Origin: an uncultured Solirubrobacteraceae bacterium
GTDB lineage: Bacteria; Actinomycetota; Thermoleophilia; Solirubrobacterales; Solirubrobacteraceae
Length of the DNA stretch: 64,000 nt
Direction of reading: 5' to 3'
Assembly (NCBI GenBank): GCA_964588985.1
Contig: CAZPQW010000017.1
Coordinates: 9,772 to 73,771 of the forward strand
Within the stretch, counting starts at the first letter, position 1. Each line of letters opens with the position of its first letter. Below are positions 48,441 through 59,356 of the stretch, one piece after another. Made by a program: the position numbers and the translations under genes. The notes under the pieces were generated by a model, which saw only the letters and a list, made by a program, of their open reading frames with translations, was not told the origin of the DNA and did no database searches.

Positions 48441-48746
48441 TTGGGCTCGCTGACCGAAGTGCTCGCGGTGCTGGCGGGTGGCTTCGGCGTGGTGATGGGC
48501 GCCAGCCCGCTGCTTCAGGCGCTGCACTCCCACCGCCGCGAGAGCTCCTCCGACGTGAGCCTCGCGTTTCTGGTGGTGCTGATCTGCGGCGGCACGCTGT
48601 GGTTGCTCTACGGACTGGCGCTCGGGAACATTGCGATCATCGTGGCGAACATCGTGGGGGTTGCGTCGTCGACGACGACGCTGCTGGTCGCGCTTCGGTG
48701 GCGCCGGCATGCGGAGCGGAATGCGGGTGAGAGCGACCTGCGCTGA
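48441..48746 (+). CDS. SemiSWEET/PQ-loop-family membrane protein
   Basis: Three TM helices, SSSDVS, LWLLYG, IIVAN. Confidence 0.75.
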   Translation: MGSLTEVLAVLAGGFGVVMGASPLLQALHSHRRESSSDVSLAFLVVLICGGTLWLLYGLALGNIAIIVANIVGVASSTTTLLVALRWRRHAERNAGESDLR

Positions 48747-48799
48747 ACGTGAGGGCTCCTATAGTGGCGCTGGTCCTCTGCTCAACGAAGGAGTCTGCT

Positions 48800-49456
48800 G
48801 TGGATGTCGAGATCTGGTCTGACATCGCGTGTCCGTGGTGCTACATCGGCAAGCGCCGCTTCGAGGCGGCGCTCGAGCGGTTCGAGCACCGCGACGACGT
48901 CGATGTGACGTGACGCAGCTTCGAGCTCGACCCCGGCGCGCCGCGTGAGCGCACGGGCGATCGCGCCGAGCGCCTGGCGGAGAAGTACGGCATGACCGTC
49001 GAGCAGGCACGCGAAGCCGAGCAGCAGCTGACGGGCGTGGCGGAGGGCGAGGGCCTTCCCTTCCGTTTTGAGATCGCCCGCAGCGGCACCACCTTCGACG
49101 GCCACCGACTGGTGCACCTGGCGCAGACCCACGGGCTGCAGGACGAGATGAAGGAGCGCCTGCTGCGGGCGTATTTCACCGAAGGCGACCTGATGTCCGA
49201 CCACGACACGCTCGTGCGGCTGGCTGGCGAGGTGGGGCTCGACGAGCAGCAGGTGCGCGAGCTGCTCGCGGGAGATCGCTACGCGGCTGAGGTCCGCGCC
49301 GACGAGCGAACCGCGGGCGAGCTTGGGATCGGCGCGGTGCCGACGTTCGTGGTCGACCGCAAGCTGGGCGCCTCCGGCGCGCAACCGCCGGACGCGCTGC
49401 TTGATCTGCTGCGTGAGGGATGGGCCAGGCGCAGCCCCGCATCGGCGCTCGCCTAG
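48800..49456 (+). pseudogene. DsbA/FrnE-family oxidoreductase with internal TGA
   Basis: VEIWSDIACPWCYIG...DVT*RSFELDP; TGA at 48911-48913. Confidence 0.85.
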
Positions 49457-49466
49457 GATGGGCTCC

Positions 49467-49952
49467 ATGACTATCTTCGAGGATCTCAACGCGCTGAACG
49501 GCGCCCCGCTTGACGAGAGCTCGCTGCAGGGGCGCACGGTGCTGGTGGTGAACGTGGCCTCGCGCTGTGGGCTGACCCCGCAGTACACGGGCCTGGAGCG
49601 TCTGCAGGAGCGCTTCGGCGAGCGCGGCTTCACGGTGCTGGGCGTGCCGTGCAATCAGTTCGGCGAGCAGGAGCCGGGCAGCGCGGAGGAGATCCAGACG
49701 TTCTGCTCGACCACCTACGGCGTGAGCTTCCCTATGACGGAGAAGCTCGAGGTGAACGGCCCCGAGCGCCATCCGCTGTACGGCGTGCTGACCGCGACGC
49801 CTGATCAGGAGGGCGAGGCGGGAGACGTGCAGTGGAACTTCGAGAAGTTCCTCGTCTCTTCCGACGGACGCCCGGTGGCGCGCTTTCGCCCGACGGTCGA
49901 GCCGGAGTCGCAGGAGCTGACGGCGGCGATCGAGTCGGAGCTCGTCTCCTGA
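49467..49952 (+). CDS. Glutathione peroxidase family protein
   Basis: [31 protein letters not shown]. Confidence 0.93.
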   Translation: MTIFEDLNALNGAPLDESSLQGRTVLVVNVASRCGLTPQYTGLERLQERFGERGFTVLGVPCNQFGEQEPGSAEEIQTFCSTTYGVSFPMTEKLEVNGPERHPLYGVLTATPDQEGEAGDVQWNFEKFLVSSDGRPVARFRPTVEPESQELTAAIESELVS

Positions 49953-50995
49953 TGGCCGCGACGCCTGCGCTGAGCACCCCTTCGGCGGGCGCGCCGTTCG
50001 AGCGCACGACGATCGAGCGCCGCGAGCTGGGCGAGCGCGACGTGCAGATCGACGTCGAGTACTGCGGCATCTGCCACAGCGACATCCATCAGGTCAAGGA
50101 CGAGTGGGGCGGCTCGATCTTCCCGATGGTGCCCGGCCACGAGATCGCGGGCGTGGTGGCTGCGGTCGGCGGCGCGGTGGAGAAGCTGTCGGTCGGCGAC
50201 CGCGTGGGCGTGGGCTGCCTGGTGGACTCCTGCGAGGAATGCGAGTACTGCGTGGCGGGGGAGGAGCAGTTCTGTGTCAAGCGGGCGGTGCCGACGTACA
50301 ACGGGCGCGACTACGACGGCGAGCCGACGTACGGCGGCTACAGCCAGCGGATCGTCGTGAAGGATCGCTTCGTGGTCCGCATCCCCGACAGTATTGAGCT
50401 GCAGTACGCGGCGCCGCTCCTGTGCGCTGGGATAACGACCTACGTTCCGTTGAAGCACTGGCACGTGGGCGCCGGGACGAAGCTCGCGGTGATCGGCATG
50501 GGCGGCCTGGGACACGTGGCGGTGCAGATAGCGGCGGCGATGGGCGCTGAGGTGACGGTGCTGAGCCAGACGCTGAGCAAGAAGGACGACGGCCTGCGCT
50601 TCGGCGCGAAGCACTACCACGCTACCTCGGATCCCGCGACGTTCAAGGAGCTGAGGTCGAGCTTCGATCTGATCTTGAACACGGTCTCTGCGAATCTGGA
50701 CGTGGACGCGTACCTGCGCCTGCTGCGCGTGGATGGCACGCTGGTGAACGTGGGAGCGCCGTCGGCGCCGGACAAGTTCCACGCGTTCTCGCTGATCGGC
50801 GCGAGGCGAAGCCTCGCGGGCTCGGCGATCGGCGGCATGCCCGACACCCAGGAGATGCTCGACTTCTGCGCCGAGCACGGCGTCAAGCCGGCGATCGAGC
50901 TGATCGGCGCCGACGAGGTGGGCGACGCGTACGACCGCGTCGAGCGCAGCGACGTGCGCTACCGCTTCGTGATCGACGTCGCGACTATCGCCTAG
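49952..50995 (+). CDS. Zn-dependent NAD(P) alcohol dehydrogenase
   Basis: CGICHSD, GHE, structural Zn Cys cluster, GMGGLG. Confidence 0.93.
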   Translation: MAATPALSTPSAGAPFERTTIERRELGERDVQIDVEYCGICHSDIHQVKDEWGGSIFPMVPGHEIAGVVAAVGGAVEKLSVGDRVGVGCLVDSCEECEYCVAGEEQFCVKRAVPTYNGRDYDGEPTYGGYSQRIVVKDRFVVRIPDSIELQYAAPLLCAGITTYVPLKHWHVGAGTKLAVIGMGGLGHVAVQIAAAMGAEVTVLSQTLSKKDDGLRFGAKHYHATSDPATFKELRSSFDLILNTVSANLDVDAYLRLLRVDGTLVNVGAPSAPDKFHAFSLIGARRSLAGSAIGGMPDTQEMLDFCAEHGVKPAIELIGADEVGDAYDRVERSDVRYRFVIDVATIA

Positions 50996-51049
50996 CCTTC
51001 CGGCCGCGGCGTTTGACGGCTGCGTCCGCAGATGACATCCGTGGGCTGC

Positions 51050-51703
51050 TCAGCTGATGGGGGCCCGGTTGCCCGTCCACGTAGTCACGGCGATCAACGC
51101 GACGATGCCGAATCCGACCGCCAGGCAGTCCCCCGCCACGAGCAGGTAGCCGCCGCCGCGATGCGGGTTCACGAAGAAGTACGGGTACCAGTTCACGATC
51201 GCGCCGCGGGCGAGCGTGTAGAGGATGTACAGCACCGGGAAGGCCATCCACAGCACGACCGTCCTCGCGAGATCGAGGCGCACGCGCGGCGGATCGAGTA
51301 GCCAGTCGAGCGTCACCGCCACCGGCATGATGTAGTGAAGGATCGCGTTCACCCACGGGTATGACGGAGTGCGCCCGGAGAGCAGGATCAGGTACACGGT
51401 CCCGGTCGTGAGGATGTAGACGACCGCGGCGCCTCTGAGCAGATCCATGGTGCGAGAGGTCTCGCGCCTGGGGCGGAGCGCTCCGTGAAGGAGCACGGCC
51501 GCTGCGAACAGATTGCTCAGCACGGTGAAGTAGCTGAAGTAATCGGTGTCGCTGACTCCGGGGCCCGCTGCCACGTCGTAGCCGATCGCCGTAAGGGCGG
51601 CAGGTGCGAGCAGCGCACGGCAGACGCGCAGCACCTGGTCGCTGAGGATGCTGCGTTGCGAGGACTCGGCACTCGTGGTCGAAAGAGAGCGGGAGGACAT
51701 CAC
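51050..51703 (-). CDS. Pr6Pr-family membrane protein
   Basis: YFSYFTVLSN, LHYIMP, WYPYFFVNP. Confidence 0.8.
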   Translation of the reverse strand: MMSSRSLSTTSAESSQRSILSDQVLRVCRALLAPAALTAIGYDVAAGPGVSDTDYFSYFTVLSNLFAAAVLLHGALRPRRETSRTMDLLRGAAVVYILTTGTVYLILLSGRTPSYPWVNAILHYIMPVAVTLDWLLDPPRVRLDLARTVVLWMAFPVLYILYTLARGAIVNWYPYFFVNPHRGGGYLLVAGDCLAVGFGIVALIAVTTWTGNRAPIS

Positions 51704-51876
51704 GCGATGGTAGTTGCGACGCCATGGGCCGGCAACCGGCGTTTGTCACGGGCCTCCAAGCCTGTTCGCCGGGGCCACTCGCACCCGCTGCGCCGGCAGT
51801 CGGTCATGGAGGGCACTGAAAGCTCTTGCATATAACAGTCGATATATAGAGCAGTACATTCTATAATGATTTATAT

Positions 51877-52212
51877 ATGGATCATCAAATCTCAACACGA
51901 GCGACCCCTCTCCCGGTGCGTCGGGCGCAGCGCAACCTTGCCGAGAGTGTCGCCACGTGGCGGAAGCTGCGGGGTTTGACGCAGGCTCAACTGGCCGAGC
52001 GCGCCGATGTCTCGCGTGGGGTGGTGCAGCGCATCGAGGGCGCTGACGGGGGGGTCAGCGTTGAGAATCTTCTCCGCATGCTGAGGGCGCTCGGCATTCA
52101 CGAGCTCCTGGCGGAGGCGCTCGATCCTCTTGCGAGCGATATCGGGCGGCTGCGCTCAGACCTAGCGCTTCCGAGGAGAGTGCGACCGAGGCGGCTGGCG
52201 GACGATGGTTGA
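51877..52212 (+). CDS. HipB-like XRE HTH antitoxin
   Basis: LTQAQLAERADVSRGVVQRIE; AT-rich upstream region with TATAAT. Confidence 0.85.
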   Translation: MDHQISTRATPLPVRRAQRNLAESVATWRKLRGLTQAQLAERADVSRGVVQRIEGADGGVSVENLLRMLRALGIHELLAEALDPLASDIGRLRSDLALPRRVRPRRLADDG

Positions 52213-53458
52213 GCAACCGATTGAGGTGGACGTGCAGATTGGTGCTCAGAACGTCCCGGCTGGGCGGCTTTGGACACATCGCCACGGGCAGAGCGAGTCG
52301 GCCACCTTCAGCTACCTCGACGACTACCTGCAGCGGGAGGATGCGTACGAGCTCGACCCGGGAGTGCCACTGCAGGCTGGCCAACACCAGACGGCGCTCA
52401 AACACGCCCTGTTCGGTGCGATGGCAGATTGTGCCCCGGACGGGTGGGGGCGGCGTCTCGTACGTCGGGCAGAGCTTCAGCGGGCCCGCGAAGCCGACGC
52501 TCAGCCGCGGGGGCTTGCGGAGGTCGATTTTCTGCTCGGCGCTCGCGACGACCTGCGCCAGGGCGCCCTTCGATTCCGTGGCCACTCGAGTGATCAGTAT
52601 CTCGCCGACGACTCGGAGGGAGTGCCGCACCTGATCGATCTCTCACGGCTGCTGAACGCTGCCGAAGAGCTAGAACGCGACGAACCGACCAGCGAGGATC
52701 TGCGACTCCTACTTCACGGTGGCAGCTCACTTGGCGGTGCGAGACCGAAGGCGCACGTGCTCGACGCCCAGGGCCGTCTTGCCATAGCCAAGTTTCCCGC
52801 ACCAAAAGCTGATGAGTGGGACGTGATTCGCTGGGAGGCGGTTGCGCTCACGCTCGCAAAGGCAGCCGGGATCGCAGTGCCCGAGCACAAGCTCCACGTC
52901 ATAGAGAGCCGACCAGTGCTGGTCATACGTCGATTCGACCGTGACACCAACGGACGAATCGGATACGTGAGCGCGATGACGATGCTCCAAGCCAAAGACG
53001 GTGAGCACGCGAGCTACCTGGAAATCGCAGAGGCAATCGAAGAACGCTCGCCCGACGCCGGTGACGATTTGCGAGAGCTGTGGCGACGGATCGTCTTCAC
53101 GATCCTGATCTCCAACACCGACGACCATCTTCGCAACCATGGGTTTCTGCGCAGGAGCACCGCAGGCTGGTCGCTGTCGCCGGCGTTCGATCTGAACCCC
53201 AACCCTGAAGGTGCTGCCAAGCATCTGGCCACGGCGATCGACGAGAACAACACCGAGGCGAGTCTCGCGACGGCCGTTGAGGTTGCCGGTCTGTTCAGGG
53301 TCTCGGAGGTGCAGGCACGCGCAATCGTCGGAGAGGTGTTGACTGCGACGGAGCGTTGGCGAGACGTGGCTAAGGCAATGGGGCTCGGTGGACAGCAGCT
53401 CATGCGGCTCGAGTCGGCTTTCGAGCATGAGCAGAGGGTCGCTGCTCGTGCACTGTAG
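52205..53458 (+). CDS. hipA: HipA-family kinase toxin
   Basis: GSSLGGARPK, RRFDR, NTDDHLRNHGF, LSPAFD. Confidence 0.92.
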   Translation: MVEQPIEVDVQIGAQNVPAGRLWTHRHGQSESATFSYLDDYLQREDAYELDPGVPLQAGQHQTALKHALFGAMADCAPDGWGRRLVRRAELQRAREADAQPRGLAEVDFLLGARDDLRQGALRFRGHSSDQYLADDSEGVPHLIDLSRLLNAAEELERDEPTSEDLRLLLHGGSSLGGARPKAHVLDAQGRLAIAKFPAPKADEWDVIRWEAVALTLAKAAGIAVPEHKLHVIESRPVLVIRRFDRDTNGRIGYVSAMTMLQAKDGEHASYLEIAEAIEERSPDAGDDLRELWRRIVFTILISNTDDHLRNHGFLRRSTAGWSLSPAFDLNPNPEGAAKHLATAIDENNTEASLATAVEVAGLFRVSEVQARAIVGEVLTATERWRDVAKAMGLGGQQLMRLESAFEHEQRVAARAL

Positions 53459-53509
53459 CGATGCCTGTTTGACAATCCAAGCCCAGCCGCTAGGGGATAT
53501 CTTTGTGGC

Positions 53510-54160
53510 ATGAATCCATTGGCTGGAACGGCACTCGGGCGAGGCTTCGTGCTCGCTGTGGGTGCGGTGATCGTGGCGTTGATTGCTTGCGCTGGAGCGG
53601 CAGCTGGCTCTGGGCACCACTCACGCTGCTTGCCTCCGCACGCCCACGGGATCGCCGAGAACCACGACGTGCGCGTTTATTCGATAGCCGGAGGCACTTA
53701 CGCATGTCTCCTACGTCGCGGCACCACAGTGACGCTCGTGAAGCCAGCGGGACGCCGACCCGCACGGATCGGCCACGTCACACTCGCGGGGGCGCTTGTC
53801 GCTTACACAGCAAGCACCCACGGAGTCGATACGGGAATTACCGACATCGTGGTCGTCAACGTCGCCAGCGGGCGAACCCGGCTCACGGTCTCGCGGGCGG
53901 GGGGCTTCATCGACGGCTGTTTCATACAGTTCCATGAAATTACGGATCTTGTCGTGACCTACCGTGGCTCAGTGGCGTGGCTTGTGCGTACGGGCAGGGG
54001 ATGCAAGACAACGACCTTCGAGGTGCACGGAGCGCAACCATCAGGTGCGACCGACTTGCTCGAAGAAGGACCGGACATAGCGCCCGGATCGTTGCGTCTC
54101 TCCTCCGGAATCGTGAGCTGGGAAAATGCCGGACAACGAAAGTCGGCACGCCTCGCGTAG
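53510..54160 (+). CDS. Secreted hypothetical protein
   Basis: Signal peptide, Cys pairs, beta-rich. Confidence 0.6.
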   Translation: MNPLAGTALGRGFVLAVGAVIVALIACAGAAAGSGHHSRCLPPHAHGIAENHDVRVYSIAGGTYACLLRRGTTVTLVKPAGRRPARIGHVTLAGALVAYTASTHGVDTGITDIVVVNVASGRTRLTVSRAGGFIDGCFIQFHEITDLVVTYRGSVAWLVRTGRGCKTTTFEVHGAQPSGATDLLEEGPDIAPGSLRLSSGIVSWENAGQRKSARLA

Positions 54161-54312
54161 CGAAGGTACGTCCACCGGATGAAATTAGGGGACGAGCTGG
54201 GAGGACCCGAGCCCGAGAGGTATCGGACGGCGAACGGTTGAGTGGGCGAAACCGTTCGGCGCGCAAACTAGGTGCTGATGGCGCCGCCGTCGGTTGGCGT
54301 GGCTGACGGTGT

Positions 54313-54741
54313 CTACTTCTCCCAGGGATTGACAAGGCGGATGCTGAGACCCTCGAAGTGGCGCATGTTGCGTGTGGCGAGAGTCGCCTTGCGGCTGTTC
54401 ACAACGCCGGCGATCTGAACGTCGCGGATCTCCACGGTACGGCCAGCACGCTGCCGTGATGCTGCGATCGTGCCGGCGGCGTCAGCGGCCGCGCGGTCAA
54501 AGAGCTGCACACGGCCATCGAGGTCCTCGGCTAGAAGCCTGCCGAACTCCTGCTCCAACTGGCTGCGGCGACGGCCCTTCGCAAGCAGCTCCAACCCCAT
54601 CCGCACCTCGAAGACGGTAATGGCAGTCGTCCAGACCGACTCCGAGGGCTGCTCGTCCAGCCACGCCACGACGGTCTGGTCGGGTTCGCGCTGCATCAAC
54701 GCCGAGAGCACATTTGTGTCCAGCAAGATCAAGGCGCACAC
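54313..54741 (-). CDS. vapC: VapC/FitB PIN-domain toxin
   Basis: LLDTNVLS, TVFEV, DVQIAG, LATRNMRHF. Confidence 0.9.
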   Translation of the reverse strand: MCALILLDTNVLSALMQREPDQTVVAWLDEQPSESVWTTAITVFEVRMGLELLAKGRRRSQLEQEFGRLLAEDLDGRVQLFDRAAADAAGTIAASRQRAGRTVEIRDVQIAGVVNSRKATLATRNMRHFEGLSIRLVNPWEK

Positions 54742-54776
54742 CGATCCGGGTAGCCGCTATGCGGCTCGGGGCTCAC

Positions 54777-55022
54777 TTACTCCAGAGGGGCCGGACGTGC
54801 CGGCTGCCCGCGCAGTTCGGGAAGCTCTGTCTCAAGTCCGACGCCCGTAAAGCGCGCTGCGATCCGCGAGCCCAGTCTGGCGCGGGCATGCTCACCGCTC
54901 TGTACTGCGCTCCGCAAGATCTCGCGTGCCTCCTGCTCAGTGCTATGACCATGCTGACGTGCGCGACGTTGCAGAGCTGCCTTCACGTCGTCATCGAGCC
55001 GTCTGATCAAGATCTGCGCCAC
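54777..55022 (-). CDS. FitA-like ribbon-helix-helix antitoxin
   Basis: AQILIRRLDDDVKAALQRRARQHGHSTEQEAREIL. Confidence 0.88.
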   Translation of the reverse strand: MAQILIRRLDDDVKAALQRRARQHGHSTEQEAREILRSAVQSGEHARARLGSRIAARFTGVGLETELPELRGQPARPAPLE

Positions 55023-55050
55023 GGCAGAAACGATAGCACGCTATCACCGT

Positions 55051-55222
55051 ATGTTGGCCGGGCGACTCGGCATGCTGGATCTCCAACGTCGAGACCGGCA
55101 AGCGCAATCCTAGTTATGGGAGCCTGAGGCTTTTGGCCGCCGGGCTCGGCCTTGTAGCCTCCGAACTGCTGGCGCTCGGCGAGCGGATCGAGGGTAGGAC
55201 CCAGATCCGGACTTACGTCTGA
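55051..55222 (+). pseudogene. Truncated XRE HTH regulator remnant
   Basis: WISNVETGKRNPSYGSLRLLAAGLG is the C-terminal half of an HTH; LAGRLGM upstream lies in another frame. Confidence 0.55.
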
Positions 55223-57255
55223 CAGCGAGCGGGGTTCAACGGTCCGGTGATCTTGAAGATGGTGGCGTTGGTGGCGGGGCTCAGGATTAGATGGGCAGCC
55301 GGGTCGGCTTGTGTCCAGGCGATCGGGATCGGCGCTGTAGGCGCAGGCGTCAGGACCACATAGCGGTAGCGTCCGTCGTTGAGGGCGATCCGCCAGCTCT
55401 GGCAGGTCGTGATCGGGCGGAAGCCGCCATCGCCGGTATGCGTACCTAGGTAGTCGACCTCGTTGGTGTCACGGGCTCCATAGAGCGGATACTGCTGGAC
55501 GGTGCCATAGAGAGCGATCCGGACGCGCGCGGTATGTTGCGCCCACCCATAGATTGCGCCGAGCGCCGGGTCCGTCTTGTCACCAGTTAGATAGCGATGG
55601 TTGAAGTAGTGCCGCTGGACGACGAAGCCTGCCGCTCCTACTGCGAGCACGAGACCCAGCGCGGCAGCGACGAGCGTCGGTCGCGGCTGGCTGCGCATGG
55701 CTCGCCCGTAGACGACTACAACGGTCGCAATGCCCGCAGCTACCACGAGTCCGGCAAGGTGCCTGGCAGGCTGCGTCGGCCACAGGGTAGGAGCAAGCTG
55801 GGCGACCAGCAACACCGCGACAAAGGCTGGGGCCAGCGCTGCGAGCAGGCGCGGCGCGCGCTGCTGCAAGAGGATAGGGATCAGCATGATCCCCAGCGCG
55901 AGCGCGGGCATCACATAGCGCAGGTTGATCTCAAACAGCGCGCTTCCCTGTTCGATTGTGCTTGCACCGGTCGGGAGGAACAGGTAGGCGATCCCGGTCA
56001 CCGCCGCCGTGATTGCAAGCACCCGGACGACAGGGTTGCTGGCACCCATGATGCCCATCACCACAGCCGCGATGTACACGACGAGCACGAGCGGCCAGAG
56101 GGGCCCAAGAGCATGCTCGAGACCAGGCGCGAAGCGCGATCCCCACAGCGACAGGTGGCTGACCTGGGATATGACCGTCTGCTGTGCGGCGCTCTCAAGC
56201 GGAGATGTCGGGCCCGGTAGCGTGAGCGGGCCGAGATGCAGTTGCAACCCCTCGGGGTTGCCAACGGCGATCAGGTTGCGCATATACCACCAGCCTCCCG
56301 TCATCGCTGTCGGCAGCGCCAGCGCGCCGAGCTGTCCTCTACGAGAACCTGCGCTTGCGCATGCCGCCGCACCTGTAATCAGGACGAAGGCCGGAACGAC
56401 GAACGTGAACTTCGTTCCAACCGCGATCCCGAGCGCAAGTCCCGCCGCCACCATCAGCCACCGATCCCCCGAAGCGTTGACCATGAACGCGGTCGCCGCA
56501 AGGAGCATCGCCAGACCGATGATGTCGTTGTAGGCCTCGCCTGGTTGGGTGCCGCTCAGGACCGGCAGCGACAGAACCAGGCACCCGGCGACCAGCGTCA
56601 GGCGCTCCACGCGCCACGGTCGACCCAAACACCACGCCGCAAGCAGTGCCACCACCAGCCACACCAGATTGAGCAGTGGCGAGAGGAAGTCGCTGTGCAG
56701 TGCGTCGATACCGAGCGCATGAAACAGCTCAGAGTTGGCCGGGTAATAGGCGACGTAGGGGTCGGCCTGGGTGAATTGGATACCCGTCACCGAACTGGTC
56801 TGCGCCATGTGTGCAGCAAACGGCATGTGGTACCAAAGGGTGTCGAAGTTGGCCATCCCGGTGCCAAGTGCGTTGGCGGTCTGGACGCACCATTGCGCCG
56901 ACACCACGACGACCCCCACGATCATCGACACCAGCGTCAGGTCACGAAGGCTTCCGATTGCGCCGAGCTGTCGTGACTGAGTCGACGACGGAGTCGGACC
57001 TCCGGAGAGCCTCCAGAGAACGCCGGCCAAGAGCAGGAGTACCGGGACCAGCGCGGCAGGCCGCATCAGCCCAACAAGACCAAGTGCCTCGGCCACAATC
57101 AGTAGCACGCTGGACGCGAGAACCATCTCAGCGAGCACTCCCAGTGCACCGTCGACGTTCAGATAGCGGCGTCGAAGCAGATGTGCCGCAACCACCGCTG
57201 GCGCAACGATGCCAGCGAGGCGCACGAGCCCCACACCGAACTGAGTCACGGTCAT
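55213..57255 (-). CDS. Polytopic membrane protein (possible GT-C glycosyltransferase)
   Basis: Many TM helices, NFDTLWYHMP, YYPANSE, GTK, WYMRN. Confidence 0.7.
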   Translation of the reverse strand: MTVTQFGVGLVRLAGIVAPAVVAAHLLRRRYLNVDGALGVLAEMVLASSVLLIVAEALGLVGLMRPAALVPVLLLLAGVLWRLSGGPTPSSTQSRQLGAIGSLRDLTLVSMIVGVVVVSAQWCVQTANALGTGMANFDTLWYHMPFAAHMAQTSSVTGIQFTQADPYVAYYPANSELFHALGIDALHSDFLSPLLNLVWLVVALLAAWCLGRPWRVERLTLVAGCLVLSLPVLSGTQPGEAYNDIIGLAMLLAATAFMVNASGDRWLMVAAGLALGIAVGTKFTFVVPAFVLITGAAACASAGSRRGQLGALALPTAMTGGWWYMRNLIAVGNPEGLQLHLGPLTLPGPTSPLESAAQQTVISQVSHLSLWGSRFAPGLEHALGPLWPLVLVVYIAAVVMGIMGASNPVVRVLAITAAVTGIAYLFLPTGASTIEQGSALFEINLRYVMPALALGIMLIPILLQQRAPRLLAALAPAFVAVLLVAQLAPTLWPTQPARHLAGLVVAAGIATVVVVYGRAMRSQPRPTLVAAALGLVLAVGAAGFVVQRHYFNHRYLTGDKTDPALGAIYGWAQHTARVRIALYGTVQQYPLYGARDTNEVDYLGTHTGDGGFRPITTCQSWRIALNDGRYRYVVLTPAPTAPIPIAWTQADPAAHLILSPATNATIFKITGPLNPARCQT

Positions 57256-57409
57256 GTCTTCACGCGACAGCGAGACCCGGCCCCATAGCGAGCGGGTCGA
57301 AAGTCGGGCAGAAGAATCACATGATTGAGGTTGAGGATCGATCTCTCCCCGGACGCATTGCGGCTGGGGAGTTCGAGCCGTAGCCTATCCGGCTCATCTG
57401 CGCGAGGGT

Positions 57410-57860
57410 CTATCCCACCGCCGCGTCTCCCGTCGGCCCCGCTCCAGGTCGCGCCGCCTCAAACAGGCTCGCGGCCTCATCCAACGTGCCGCCGAGGTCG
57501 GTGCGTAGCTCCTCGATCCGCTCACCGGCTTGATCGCGGGCTTCCCGCCATACCCGGTGCTGCGGGGACTCCGGCAACTCGAGCTCGCCAGCACGGCGGG
57601 CAGCCGCAAGCCGCCTGCGACCGCTGGCGGTGAGCCTCCAGCTGATCGAGCCGCGACGACGAAACCGATCGATCAGACCCTGTGCGTACAGCTCCTCGAG
57701 CTGGGGGCGTATGCGGCGACTGCTTCCTGCCGCGCTTGAGCCCGACGTGTTCGATGATCTCGCCGAGCAGGACGCCGGGATCTTCCCCGCGTTTGTGACG
57801 TTCGGCGCGGTCAGTGGCGGCGAGCAGCATCGCGGCAGCTATAGGCTCCTTCTTGGGCAT
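57410..57860 (-). pseudogene. Frameshifted winged-helix-like protein
   Basis: N-terminus ...EIIEHVGLKRG continues in another frame as RIRPQLEELYAQGLI...WRLTASGR...LPESPQHRVWREAR, shift near 57720. Confidence 0.55.
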
Positions 57861-57963
57861 AGGGAGTCATTGCTCCTTTGGTGGGTCAACGTGTGGACTT
57901 GCACGCGGTTCGGTCCCACTCGCTGGCGGATGCAAGCAGGCAATGGACGCCAGACTATGCGGC

Positions 57964-58167
57964 TCAGGTGTCGAGCAGATTGATGCCCATCGCTTCGGTG
58001 ATCTTGTTGAGAGTGCTCCAGCGGGGGTCTGTGGCATCGCGTTCGATCCGGGAGAGCGTGGAGATGGTGACTTCGGCGTCGAGGGCGAGTTTTTCCTGCG
58101 AGAGACCACGTTCTTTGCGGAGTTGCTTCAGGCGCACGCCGAGGGTGGGATTTGGCTGGTCGGGCAC
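57964..58167 (-). CDS. XRE-family HTH regulator
   Basis: LKQLRKERGLSQEKLALDAEVTISTLSRIE. Confidence 0.85.
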   Translation of the reverse strand: MPDQPNPTLGVRLKQLRKERGLSQEKLALDAEVTISTLSRIERDATDPRWSTLNKITEAMGINLLDT

Positions 58168-58586
58168 ATTCCGAAGCCTTGCGGAGCCTAGGCATTTGAG
58201 CCAGAGGCTACGCGCCTAGGCGCTTATGCTCAGCCGCATCGCCTGGCTGCGGAGCTGATGCCGCGCAGGCGGTCAGAACCGAGGCGTCAAGTCCTGGCCG
58301 GTGTCGGTGTTTGGCGGCCTCGCTCGATCTGCCCGAGGACCCGTTCGATGAGATCCGCGTCGTCAGCGAGGCCACCAGCATCGTCAACGAGGCCGCGAAA
58401 CGAATCAGCGCGGACGCCAAAACGGCCAAAGCTCCCGACCCACAAAGGAGTCGAGAGCTTTGGGCCAGGGTTCTATTACAACATCTATGGTGGGCGAAAC
58501 TTGGGTGTGCGCAAACCATGCGGTGATGATGGCGCCGGCAGTCGGTATCGGCTGACGAAAGGCGCTCACGGCCCCTTCGGTCTGCT

Positions 58587-58820
58587 TCAGTCGTGGGTGG
58601 CTGCTGTGGTGGCCGGCACGTCGAGGGGCGCGCTGTCCGCTTCGCGCTTCATATCGATCGCCCGGCGTGCGCCCTGGGAGAGCAGCATCGCGCTGTCGGC
58701 CAATTCACCGATGGACTGTGGTGTTGCGTCCACGAGTCCGTCCGCGCGGGCGATCTGCGCGACATCGCGCTTCCCGTTCGATGGATGCGAGCCGTTCTCC
58801 ATAACTTGAGGGTACCTCAC
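58587..58820 (-). CDS. Small hypothetical protein coupled to the Fic gene
   Basis: GTGA overlap with the fic stop. Confidence 0.45.
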   Translation of the reverse strand: MRYPQVMENGSHPSNGKRDVAQIARADGLVDATPQSIGELADSAMLLSQGARRAIDMKREADSAPLDVPATTAATHD

Positions 58821-59356
58821 GTCGCGGGGTTTCTCGCATGTTCGATCCGAGTGGCTAGCAGCCGCGCGAACGGCTCAACGTTGCCCTCGGGGGAGATGAG
58901 TGCCGGTGCCACGGCGCTGTCGTGGTCGGTCATCTCTTTGTCATCCGCGAATTCGACAGCGGGGAGCCCCAGCGACCACAGTGCAGCCGAAAGCGCCACG
59001 AATGCGGTGCGGTGGTTCCCGTCAGCAAACGTGTGCACGCGGAGGATGCTTGCATAGAGAGCGGATACGACTCGTGCCTGCTCAGCAATTCCGATGCCGC
59101 GGCGATCGAGCTGAGCAGTGCCGCTGTTGAAGGCGGCACACACCTCCGCGAGATCGCGGAGCAAGGCTTCAGGTGAAGTGCCCTCGATCTGGCGCATCCC
59201 GCCACCAACCGTCACCACGCCGAAGAACGCGCGCTCTCGACGGAAGCGCCCGCCATCGTGCGGGAAGTTGCGGGCGAAGATCGCCCCATGCCACCAACGA
59301 ACGCGCTCAGGATCCAGCTCCAACCGACTCCGCCAGAACGCTCTTTGGGCGTCCAA
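58817..59356 (-). CDS. Fic/Doc-family protein
   Basis: HTFADGNHRTA motif; start uncertain. Confidence 0.8.
   Translation of the reverse strand: MDAQRAFWRSRLELDPERVRWWHGAIFARNFPHDGGRFRRERAFFGVVTVGGGMRQIEGTSPEALLRDLAEVCAAFNSGTAQLDRRGIGIAEQARVVSALYASILRVHTFADGNHRTAFVALSAALWSLGLPAVEFADDKEMTDHDSAVAPALISPEGNVEPFARLLATRIEHARNPAT

Noticed and set aside
48911-48913. Selenocysteine recoding in the DsbA-like gene
   Set aside because: The TGA aligns with a conserved Trp, not a Cys; the CPWC site is normally encoded
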